A stretch of DNA of 64,000 nucleotides. Origin: Candidatus Micrarchaeota archaeon (GTDB lineage Archaea > Micrarchaeota > Micrarchaeia > Anstonellales > Bilamarchaeaceae). The translations under genes and the position numbers were made by a program. The stretch lies in contig JBFLVJ010000006.1 of NCBI GenBank assembly GCA_040758595.1, positions 15,093-79,092 of the forward strand, read 5' to 3'. Below, piece after piece: positions 34,195 to 42,370 of the stretch. The notes below the pieces were generated by a model. The model worked only from the letters and a program-made list of their open reading frames with translations. It did no database searches and was not told where the DNA came from. Numbering within the stretch: the stretch's first letter is position 1; the number at the start of each line of letters is the position of its first letter.

Positions 34195-34833
34195 TTATCC
34201 CTTCACCCTGCTCAGTTCCATCGCCCGGTGCATCGTCTGCTCCACCTTGGCGATCCTGGCCTGCAGCGCCGGGTCCTGGAACTGCCCCTCGCTCTGGGGC
34301 CTCCTGAACATCGATAGCCGCTCCATGACATGGACCGGGCTCCTCTCGGCCAGCTTGCAGAGGGCCTCGCAGGCCTCATGGCAGACCGTATCATCCCTAT
34401 CGATCAGCGCCCGGACCAGGACAGTGCAGGCCTCATGGACCTCTTCATCTGTGAGGTTGTCGGTCTTCCAGAGCCCCTGGTCCCGCTCTAATTCGCCGTT
34501 GAGCAGCCTCAATGCCATCCGCTTGACCTCGATGCTCCCTGTATTCAGGGCGATCAGGACCCCGGAGACGGTGCCCCTGTCCGCGAGCATGGCCTTTATC
34601 GCATGGAACCTCACCGGCAATTGATGATCGGATAGCGCCCGGACAAGGATCCTTTTCGCTCTCTCCCCGTCGATGGCGTTTTCGTGGAGCAGCTTCTGGA
34701 CCCCTTTTATGGCACGGACCCTCTCCTCTATCGAGCCGTCTATAATACAGTCCCGCAGCCGCTGCGCTTCTCCTAGGGGATCCTTCTTCCATGGCGGCAA
34801 ATCCCGCTTTGCAGTCATCCTTCTGAGGCGCAT
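34195..34833 (-). CDS. HEAT-repeat protein
   Basis: LVRALSD..PVRFHAIKAM and LVRALID..TVCHEACEAL repeats; start uncertain. Confidence 0.75.
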   Translation of the reverse strand: MRLRRMTAKRDLPPWKKDPLGEAQRLRDCIIDGSIEERVRAIKGVQKLLHENAIDGERAKRILVRALSDHQLPVRFHAIKAMLADRGTVSGVLIALNTGSIEVKRMALRLLNGELERDQGLWKTDNLTDEEVHEACTVLVRALIDRDDTVCHEACEALCKLAERSPVHVMERLSMFRRPQSEGQFQDPALQARIAKVEQTMHRAMELSRVKG

Positions 34834-34886
34834 GATAGTTGATTTGATGCGATAAGCTAAATAATGGTAGCAGAGAAAACGAAGGC

Positions 34887-36116
34887 ATGAAAATCGCTTC
34901 AGTCTGGGCACGCGAGATCTTGGATTCCAGGGGAAACCCCACCGTGGAGGTGGAGGTGGCCACAGAGGCGGTCATGGGGACCGCAGCCGCTCCGAGCGGG
35001 GCATCTACGGGCAAGCACGAGGCGATCGAGCTGCGGGACGGGGGGGTAAGGTACAACGGCAAGGGCGTCCGGAGGGCGGTCGAGAACGTCAATTCGGTCA
35101 TCGCACCGGCCATAACCGGGATGGAAGTGACCGACCAGGAAGGCATAGACAGGAAGATGATAGAGCTGGACGGAACGCAAAACAAGGGCAACCTCGGGGC
35201 CAACGCCATGGTGGCCACTTCGATGGCGGTCTTGAGGGCGAGCGCGGCATCCCAGAATGTCTTCCTCCACGAGCTTCTGGGTGGAAACATGATCCCGCAC
35301 GCGATGTTCAACATCGTCAACGGGGGAATGCACGCGGGCAACGGCCTCGCGATACAGGAATTCATGATAATGCCCCAGCACGAGTTCTTCTCCGAGCGCC
35401 TGAGGATGGCGAGCGAGATATATCATATACTCGGCAAGCAGCTGGCGGAGAGCATCGGCCCCTCTGCGAGGAACGTCGGGGACGAGGGCGGCTTCGCGCC
35501 CCAGATAGACAACACATACAAGGCGCTCGATGCGATATCGCACGCGGTCGAGGAAGCAGGTTATGGCCATGCATGCCCTTTCGCGCTGGACGCGGCGGCA
35601 TCATCCTTCTACGATGCCAAAAGCGGAACCTACAAGATCGACGGCAAGGCGCTCAAGGAGCACGAGCTCATAGACTACTATGCGGATCTGGCCAAAGCAT
35701 ATCCGATCAAGAGCATCGAGGATCCGTTCGACGAAGAGAGCTTCGGGGCGTTCGCCGCTTTGCGCAAAGAGCTGCCGGAAACCCAGATCGTGGGCGACGA
35801 TCTGGTGGTCACCAACGTCTCTCGCCTCAAACAGGCGATCGACAGCCAGTCCATATCGGCATTGCTGCTCAAGGTGAACCAGGTAGGGACCCTGACCGAG
35901 GCCATGGAAGCGGTCGCTCTCTGCAGGAGGAACGCGCTAAATGTGGTGGTCAGCCACCGCTCGGGCGAGACGGAAGACTGCTTCATAGCGGATTTCGCGG
36001 TCGGGATAAATGCAGGTCAGATAAAGACCGGTGCGCCGGCAAGAGGAGAGCGCACGGCCAAGTACAACCAGCTGCTGCGGCTGGAAGAGCGGATGCAGGT
36101 GCTCAGCCAGGGCTGA
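34887..36116 (+). CDS. eno: Enolase
   Basis: DSRGNPTVE, PSGASTG, GDEGGFAP, SHRSGETED, KYNQLLR. Confidence 0.98.
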   Translation: MKIASVWAREILDSRGNPTVEVEVATEAVMGTAAAPSGASTGKHEAIELRDGGVRYNGKGVRRAVENVNSVIAPAITGMEVTDQEGIDRKMIELDGTQNKGNLGANAMVATSMAVLRASAASQNVFLHELLGGNMIPHAMFNIVNGGMHAGNGLAIQEFMIMPQHEFFSERLRMASEIYHILGKQLAESIGPSARNVGDEGGFAPQIDNTYKALDAISHAVEEAGYGHACPFALDAAASSFYDAKSGTYKIDGKALKEHELIDYYADLAKAYPIKSIEDPFDEESFGAFAALRKELPETQIVGDDLVVTNVSRLKQAIDSQSISALLLKVNQVGTLTEAMEAVALCRRNALNVVVSHRSGETEDCFIADFAVGINAGQIKTGAPARGERTAKYNQLLRLEERMQVLSQG

Positions 36117-36152
36117 ACGCCTGTCCCAAACATCACACTGCGATGCTGCTGT

Positions 36153-36210
36153 GGTCTCCAGTATCCAGTTTCCGGTTTCGCACGAAACCCGAGACCTACA
36201 GCCCGAAACC
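36153..36210. repeat. Inverted heptamer arrays (4 + 4 units)
   Basis: ggtctcc agtatcc agtttcc ggtttcg CA cgaaacc cgagacc tacagcc cgaaacc. Confidence 0.7.
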
Positions 36211-36304
36211 CCGCGTCCGGTCGGCCCGGCCGCTGGAAGGCTTAAAAAACATAGGCCCATATCAGCTATACCGCGAATCGCCGTGCGCATGACGAGTGAA
36301 TCGA

Positions 36305-38041
36305 ATGCCTGAGAGGAAACCGAACCCGACAGACGCGAAGACATATTACCAGTCCGGGAACGATTACTACGAGAAGAACGACTTCGACCGGGCCATCGAG
36401 AACTACAACATGGCCATCCTGCTCAGCCCGGTATTCTCCGAGGCCTACTTCAACCGCGCGCTCTCGTATTACCAGCTCAAGAACTTCGACAAGTCCATCG
36501 CGGATTACACGAAGTCGATGGAGCTCGATCCCCAGAATCCGATAATCTACAATAACCGGGGCGACGCGTTCTACCGCAAGCAGGACTTCCAGAGCGCGGT
36601 CAAGGATTATGACAAGGCCATATCGCTCAATCCCAATTATCTCAAGGCGTTCTACAACCGCGGACTCTCATACGCCTCCATCGAGGAATACGAGAAGGCG
36701 GTAGAGGATTTCACGAAAGTCGTCAAGATAAAGCCGGATTTCGCCGAGGCGTATCATCTGAGGGGCCTCGCGCACGAATACGCGGGCTCGATCGCCAGCG
36801 CGATAACCGATTATGAGAAGGCGCTGGAGCTCAACCCAGAGCTCACCGAAGCCAAGACGCACCTGGAAGGCGCCAAGGCCAAGAAAGACCAGGAAGGAAA
36901 AGGCGGGGGAGAAGGCGGAACCGCGGACATAAAGATGCTCTCCAAGCCCACCATGAACTTCAACGACGTGGCGGGCATGAAATCCATGAAAGAGGAGATA
37001 CGCGAGGCGGTCGTCTATCCGATGCGCAACCCTGACCTGGCCCGCAAGTACGGCAAGCTGGGCGGCGGAGGCATCCTGATGTACGGGCCGCCGGGGTGCG
37101 GTAAGACATTCATAGTCAAGGCGGCCGCGGGCGAATGCCACGCGGGGTTCATCAACGCGAAGCTCTCGGACCTGCTGGACATGTACGTGGGCAACACCGA
37201 GAAGAACATCCACAAGGTCTTCGAGCTCGCCCGCAAGAACACCCCGTGCATCCTCTTCTTCGACGAAGTGGAAGCGATCGGCGGCAGGAGGGACCAGCAG
37301 GAGGGCCAGCAGTACATGAAGATGGCCGTCAACCAGATGCTCTATGAGATGGACGGCGTCGAGGCCAACAACCAGAATGTGCTCATCATCGCGGCCACCA
37401 ACGCGCCCTGGGACGTCGACCCTGCGCTCAGGCGCTCCGGCCGTTTCAGCAAGACGATATACATCTCCGCGCCCGATCTCGCCTCGCGCAACGCCATGCT
37501 GAAGATGTATGCCAAGAAGCGCCCCCTTGGCGGCTTCATACCGTTCTCGCTACTAGCGATATCGACGACCGGCTATGCCTCTGCCGACATGAAATCCATA
37601 GTGGATGACGCCGCCACCATACCCTGGAGGCAGGCGTTCCTGAACATCGAGAAGAAGACCGAGGAGCTGGCCAAGGGCGGCATGGCCAAGGACCAGGCCG
37701 AGGAGCTGGCCAAGAAGCAGGTGTCCCAGCGACCGGTCACGCTCGGCGACTTCGTCTCCGCGATAGCCAAGAAGAAATCGTCCCTCCCGCCCTGGTATGG
37801 CCAAGCCAAGAAGCAGATCGGCAAGCAGGAGGAAGTGACGATAATCGACGGCAAGGAGCACAAGAAGGTCACAGACAGCAAGATGGGGCCCGCAGAGAAG
37901 GAGGCGTTCTCGAAGCTGCTCAGCGTCATCAACACCGGCAACCAGTGGTATTACAAGGCCGGCCTGATGATCGTGAAGCAGGGGACCTTGATACTCCTGC
38001 GCATCCTTGTGTTCATAACAGAGCCGGGCCGTATAGTATAG
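36305..38041 (+). CDS. TPR-repeat AAA ATPase (Cdc48/Vps4-like single module)
   Basis: Five 34-aa TPRs, GPPGCGKT, FFDE, ATNAPW..D.ALRRSGRF; hydrophobic C-terminal tail. Confidence 0.92.
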   Translation: MPERKPNPTDAKTYYQSGNDYYEKNDFDRAIENYNMAILLSPVFSEAYFNRALSYYQLKNFDKSIADYTKSMELDPQNPIIYNNRGDAFYRKQDFQSAVKDYDKAISLNPNYLKAFYNRGLSYASIEEYEKAVEDFTKVVKIKPDFAEAYHLRGLAHEYAGSIASAITDYEKALELNPELTEAKTHLEGAKAKKDQEGKGGGEGGTADIKMLSKPTMNFNDVAGMKSMKEEIREAVVYPMRNPDLARKYGKLGGGGILMYGPPGCGKTFIVKAAAGECHAGFINAKLSDLLDMYVGNTEKNIHKVFELARKNTPCILFFDEVEAIGGRRDQQEGQQYMKMAVNQMLYEMDGVEANNQNVLIIAATNAPWDVDPALRRSGRFSKTIYISAPDLASRNAMLKMYAKKRPLGGFIPFSLLAISTTGYASADMKSIVDDAATIPWRQAFLNIEKKTEELAKGGMAKDQAEELAKKQVSQRPVTLGDFVSAIAKKKSSLPPWYGQAKKQIGKQEEVTIIDGKEHKKVTDSKMGPAEKEAFSKLLSVINTGNQWYYKAGLMIVKQGTLILLRILVFITEPGRIV

Positions 38042-38042
38042 C

Positions 38043-38110
38043 CTGGCGGCTTCGGGACTGCCAGCTCTTCTGAATGGTTTCCAGCCTCAAGTTCCCGGTT
38101 CCGGGCCTCT
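38043..38110. repeat. Hairpin plus five degenerate heptamers
   Basis: CTGGCGG...CTGCCAG stem (38043-38064); ggtttcc agcctca agttccc ggttccg ggcctct (38076-38110). Confidence 0.55.
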
Positions 38111-38141
38111 GTTTTTATTGTTTGTTCCTGATTCTCCAAAC

Positions 38142-39335
38142 ATGTCCTTGGCCATAAAAGGCGGCAATGTATTTCTCGGAGAGAGCTTCGCGAAGAAGGA
38201 CCTTCTGATAGAAGAGGGCAGGATAGTCTCCATCGGGAACGCGATCAAGGGAGACGAGACGCTCGAAGCTAAGGATATGCTGGTCCTTCCAGGTCTCATA
38301 GACCCGCATGTCCATCTGCGGGAGCCCGGGGCCACATACAAGGAGGATTTCGCGACCGGCAGCCGCGCGGCCATAGCAGGCGGTTTCACGACCGTCATGG
38401 ACATGCCCAACAATCCAACGCCCACGATAACCAAGGAAGCGCTCGATGAGAAGCGGGCGCTCGCAAAGAAGAAAGCAATCTGCGACGTGCTCTTCCATTT
38501 CGGCGGGACCGATGACAACTTCGATGAGATAAAGAGGGCGGATCCCGGCTCCCTGAAGCTCTACCTGGGGCGGACCACCGGGCCGCTCCTGCTCAAGAAC
38601 CCGTCATCGCTGAAAAAGCACCTGGAGAACTTCCGCAAGGACCGCCCTGTGGTGCTGCACGCATGCGACCATTCCTCGGACGAGGCCAAGAACCTGAAAA
38701 CCACCTACGAGACCATGGAGAACGCGGTCGCGTTGGCATCCAAAACCGGAAACCGGATGCACATCGCCCACGCGTCCACCAAGAAAGAGATCACCATAGC
38801 CAGAAAGTGTCCGCACTGCACCGTTGAGGTGGCACCCCACCATCTTTTCCTCTCCACCAGAGACCGTGAGCGACTGGGCCCTTTCGCATCGGTCTTCCCT
38901 CCCCTCCGCAGCGAGCAGAAGCGGCTCATGCTCTGGAGCGCATTGCAGCTGGCAGACTGCATCGCCACCGACCACGCCCCGCACACCATAGAGGACAAGG
39001 AGCAGGGCGCAGCCGGATTCCCTGGCCTGGAGACCAGCCTGGCATTGATGCTCACCGCATGCAGGAGGGGTCTTCTGGACAAGATATGGGTGGCCCAGCG
39101 GATGACCAGGAATCCGGCAGATATCTTCCATCTGAAAGGCAAGGGCCGCCTGGAGATCGGCAATATCGCGGATATAGCGATTGTCGATCCGAAGAAAGTC
39201 TGGAAGGTGGACGGCTCGCAACAGGAGACCAAATGCAAATGGTCGCCTTTCGACGGCATGGAACTGACCGGGAAGGTGCACACCACCATTAAAGGCGGCA
39301 AGCTCATCTACCATAAGTTCGGGATGATAATCTAG
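38142..39335 (+). CDS. pyrC: Dihydroorotase (amidohydrolase family)
   Basis: DPHVHLREPG, DMPNN, PPLR, ATDHAPH, GFPGLET, WSPFDG. Confidence 0.88.
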   Translation: MSLAIKGGNVFLGESFAKKDLLIEEGRIVSIGNAIKGDETLEAKDMLVLPGLIDPHVHLREPGATYKEDFATGSRAAIAGGFTTVMDMPNNPTPTITKEALDEKRALAKKKAICDVLFHFGGTDDNFDEIKRADPGSLKLYLGRTTGPLLLKNPSSLKKHLENFRKDRPVVLHACDHSSDEAKNLKTTYETMENAVALASKTGNRMHIAHASTKKEITIARKCPHCTVEVAPHHLFLSTRDRERLGPFASVFPPLRSEQKRLMLWSALQLADCIATDHAPHTIEDKEQGAAGFPGLETSLALMLTACRRGLLDKIWVAQRMTRNPADIFHLKGKGRLEIGNIADIAIVDPKKVWKVDGSQQETKCKWSPFDGMELTGKVHTTIKGGKLIYHKFGMII

Positions 39336-39357
39336 AAAAGAGAGAAAAAAGGAAGAA

Positions 39358-39801
39358 TCACTGCTTCTCGATTCTTATGTACGCTTCGTTGCCTCTGTAT
39401 TCAGAGCTTATCTTGAGCTTCATCCAGCCGCCGGCGACCGAAGCGTCCGCCAGCGAGCCGGGGTTCGAAAGCGGATACTTTATTATCTCAGCAGAGTCCT
39501 TAGGCCCCTCCGGGGTGTTTATCGCGAGGATTATCTCTCCTCCGCGCCCGGATTGCACCGTCTCCAGAGAGACCGTGTTCGGCGGTATGTAGATGTCTGT
39601 CACCACTGTCGTGTCTGTGCCCAGGCTCCCGACCGAATTGGCCAAGGAGGCGACCCTTGTCACAGCGAGCTCTGCCTGGTAGGACGCTATCTGCTGGTTC
39701 GCTTCGCTCGCCTTCACGTAGACGAGGACCAGAAGCGGAATGAATATCAGCAGCACCAGCGCAACGATAACGAGCAGTTCTGTGCTTACCTGTCCTTTCA
39801 T
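39358..39801 (-). CDS. Class III signal peptide (type IV pilin-like) protein
   Basis: MKG/QVSTE followed by a long hydrophobic helix, with E at +5. Confidence 0.85.
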   Translation of the reverse strand: MKGQVSTELLVIVALVLLIFIPLLVLVYVKASEANQQIASYQAELAVTRVASLANSVGSLGTDTTVVTDIYIPPNTVSLETVQSGRGGEIILAINTPEGPKDSAEIIKYPLSNPGSLADASVAGGWMKLKISSEYRGNEAYIRIEKQ

Positions 39802-39814
39802 TGTTTCCCTCCCT

Positions 39815-40906
39815 CTAACGAGCATGAGTCCTTCTGGGTTTCTCCTTGCGCATCTCCTTCTTGCGCCGCAGCACCTTGTTGAGCTCTGCCGCGAGCTCAT
39901 CTATGGCTTCTTTGAGATTGCCCCGCTCGACCTTCACCGAGACGTGCCCATCGTCGGTATCGAAATACATCCTGACATTGAATGTCGATTTGGTCTCCTT
40001 AAGGTGGAAGCTGGCGTTCCTGATGTTGAAGCTCTCCCCGAACCGCTCGAGGACCCGGCCCAGCTTCTCCTGGACCCTGTTGTAGTAGCTTGCATTGTCC
40101 TCGCCCAGGCCTGAGACGTTTATCGCGACGCCCTCCTCCGCCTGGCTCTGCACCAGCTTGAATATGTCGAGAGCCGATATGACTCCGATCGGCTTGTTGT
40201 CGGATACGACTATCACGCTCGAGACGTGCTTGGCTATCATCCTCTTGACCGCGAATTCGAGCGTCGCATCCTGGTTCACCAGGGTCATGTCCGGGCGCAG
40301 GAAGCTCGATATCCCCATGAGGTCCACGTTGATGGGTTCGGACTGCCTGATGTCCTTCCTCCCCCCGATCAGGTTGGTGGTGCCGCTCCATGAACCTATA
40401 TCGTAGTTCGATACCACCCCGATGATCTTGCCCTTCCGGGTCACCACGAGGCGGTGGGCCTTCTTATCCTTCATCAGCCTCTTCGCTGATCCGATGCTCT
40501 CGTTCTCGTCGATGGTGTAGACCGGGCTGCTCATCAGCTCCTTGACCGATAAGTTCGGGACGAGGTTGGATCCCAGCATGTCGCTAAGAAGCTCCACCCT
40601 GGTGGTTATCCCGAGCGGGCTCTTCTTCGGGCCGAGGACCGGGAGGGCCTTGAAGTGGCCAACGAGGAATGCGTCCACGCGCTCCATGACGCCCGCGGTC
40701 TCCAGAAGCACCGGGGGTTTGCATATGACCGTCTCGCATTTCACGTTGTGGGGGTTCTTTATGCCCCCGCTAACGCTCATATGGTCTATCATCCCCAGAT
40801 AGCTCCCGTTCCGGGTGACTATCACCGCAGGGCTCTCATCGAGCTGAGGCAGTGCCTTAGAGAGGAATTCCGCGCTATCCACAACCAGAGTCCGCTTAAT
40901 TTCCAT
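39815..40906 (-). CDS. Four-CBS-domain protein with C-terminal HPF/RaiA-like domain
   Basis: Two CBS pairs; last ~100 aa show a beta-alpha-beta-beta-beta-alpha pattern ending NLKEAIDELAAELNKVLRRKKE. Confidence 0.8.
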   Translation of the reverse strand: MEIKRTLVVDSAEFLSKALPQLDESPAVIVTRNGSYLGMIDHMSVSGGIKNPHNVKCETVICKPPVLLETAGVMERVDAFLVGHFKALPVLGPKKSPLGITTRVELLSDMLGSNLVPNLSVKELMSSPVYTIDENESIGSAKRLMKDKKAHRLVVTRKGKIIGVVSNYDIGSWSGTTNLIGGRKDIRQSEPINVDLMGISSFLRPDMTLVNQDATLEFAVKRMIAKHVSSVIVVSDNKPIGVISALDIFKLVQSQAEEGVAINVSGLGEDNASYYNRVQEKLGRVLERFGESFNIRNASFHLKETKSTFNVRMYFDTDDGHVSVKVERGNLKEAIDELAAELNKVLRRKKEMRKEKPRRTHAR

Positions 40907-40965
40907 AAAAACCCACGCCTTCCAAGTCGTTAAAATATATAAACTAAATAGGTATATAAACGAGT

Positions 40966-41676
40966 ATGGCGAACCAGTTGCAGCTCACCTCGTTCCAGTC
41001 ATTCTCATCATTCGAGACCATGGTCTCGAAGCCGACCTGGAAGGACATCCTGCTGGAACTGATATCATCCAACCGCATCGACCCCTGGAACATCGATCTG
41101 GCCGCCCTGGCCGATGCGTTCATCCGCCGCGTCCGCGAGATGGAGAGCATGGACTTCGTGCTCCAGGCCAATGTCATACTCGCAGCCTCGATCCTCCTCA
41201 AGTACAAGAGCGAGTCGCTAAAAGCGTTGAGCTACCAGTCCGACCTCACAGAATACGAGGAGGCCCCTGACCCGGCGCTAAACGAAGCGGAGGAGTTCCC
41301 CCAGTTGACCCTGTCATCGAGGATCCCGCCCAAGAGGCAGGTCACCATCGACGAACTCATAACCGAGATGGAAAGGTTCATCCACTACGACGAGAGCGAG
41401 CGCGTCCGCATCCCGCGGGGCGCGATCGTGGATACCGTGGATCTGGATCTCGGCGAGCGGGATATCGAGAAGGACATGGCAGACACTCTATCGCTGGTCG
41501 AGAAGAACGCTGATGGCACCGGCTGGGCTCTCTTCTCATCGATAGTCCGGGGCCGCGACATGCAGGGCATGGTCTATACGCTTCTCTGCCTCCTGCACCT
41601 TGTGTGCGAAGGGTCCCTCGATATAAAACAGGATGAGATGTTCGGGGAGATATTCATCCACTTGAACAAAAATTGA
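40966..41676 (+). CDS. scpA: Kleisin, segregation and condensation protein A
   Basis: IDPWNIDL, LAASILLKYKS, VTIDELI, LLHL...QDEMFGEI. Confidence 0.9.
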   Translation: MANQLQLTSFQSFSSFETMVSKPTWKDILLELISSNRIDPWNIDLAALADAFIRRVREMESMDFVLQANVILAASILLKYKSESLKALSYQSDLTEYEEAPDPALNEAEEFPQLTLSSRIPPKRQVTIDELITEMERFIHYDESERVRIPRGAIVDTVDLDLGERDIEKDMADTLSLVEKNADGTGWALFSSIVRGRDMQGMVYTLLCLLHLVCEGSLDIKQDEMFGEIFIHLNKN

Positions 41677-41697
41677 GAATGTAAAAAAGAAAAGATT

Positions 41698-42081
41698 CTA
41701 CTCGATGAGCGTCGAGCCTGATTTCTTCATCGGCTTCGACTTCACGATCTTGACGTTGGAGGGCGTCAGGATGATCATCTCGTGCGAGAGCAGGGCGATG
41801 TCCCCGTTGATCTTGCCCGCGTTCATCTTCATCTTGGAGATGATGCCCTTGAGCCGGTTGGGCTGCTTCGATAGCGGCAGCACGTTCAGGATGATGATGT
41901 TCTTAGATGAGAGCTCCTTGAGCGCCATGTCACCGTCGCCCTCGTTCCTGAGATCGACCCTCTTGACATAGAAATCAGCAGGAGGACTCACGACGTCTCC
42001 TTCGTGCTGCATTAGTTCTTCCAAGTCCGGTACATCCGGTTCCTCGCTTTTGCCGCCTAAAATCTTGTCGAAAAGTCCCAT
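41698..42081 (-). CDS. sepF: Cell division protein SepF (archaeal DUF552 type)
   Basis: MGLFDKILG amphipathic N-terminus; NIIILNV, GDIA, IILTP..VKI. Confidence 0.85.
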   Translation of the reverse strand: MGLFDKILGGKSEEPDVPDLEELMQHEGDVVSPPADFYVKRVDLRNEGDGDMALKELSSKNIIILNVLPLSKQPNRLKGIISKMKMNAGKINGDIALLSHEMIILTPSNVKIVKSKPMKKSGSTLIE

Positions 42082-42209
42082 TAAACCACCAATGCGTGGA
42101 ATATCGATTCCTTGCCTTCCTTTAATGCACTGAATATTTAAATTGGTTGCGCTCTCGACGTTGTCTCTGCGGGCCCCTTATATTATAGCTGGGGCCCGGT
42201 GGCTGTTTG

Positions 42210-42218
42210 TTTTTAAAT
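42210..42218 (+). promoter_or_regulatory. TATA-like box TTTTTAAAT upstream of the hppA leader
   Basis: About 22-25 nt upstream of the start of the structured segment at about 42240. Confidence 0.55.
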
Positions 42219-42240
42219 CTTATCATCATCTATTTCAAGG

Positions 42241-42354
42241 CTGACCCCGACCGGCTCAGACAATCACAACCGAAAGCCATCCTAAGACCGGTGCATCCGA
42301 ATCGTCGGATGCATCTGTAGCGGGTCGCCTCGGAGGGTAACCGAGCGGAGTCAG
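42241..42354 (+). ncRNA. Candidate structured 5' leader of hppA
   Basis: Closing helix 42241-42249/42346-42354; inner stems 42253-42256/42275-42278, 42290-42300/42305-42315, 42329-42333/42341-42345; SD AGGTGA follows at 42364-42369. Confidence 0.5.
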
Positions 42355-42370
42355 ATATGTCAAAGGTGAA

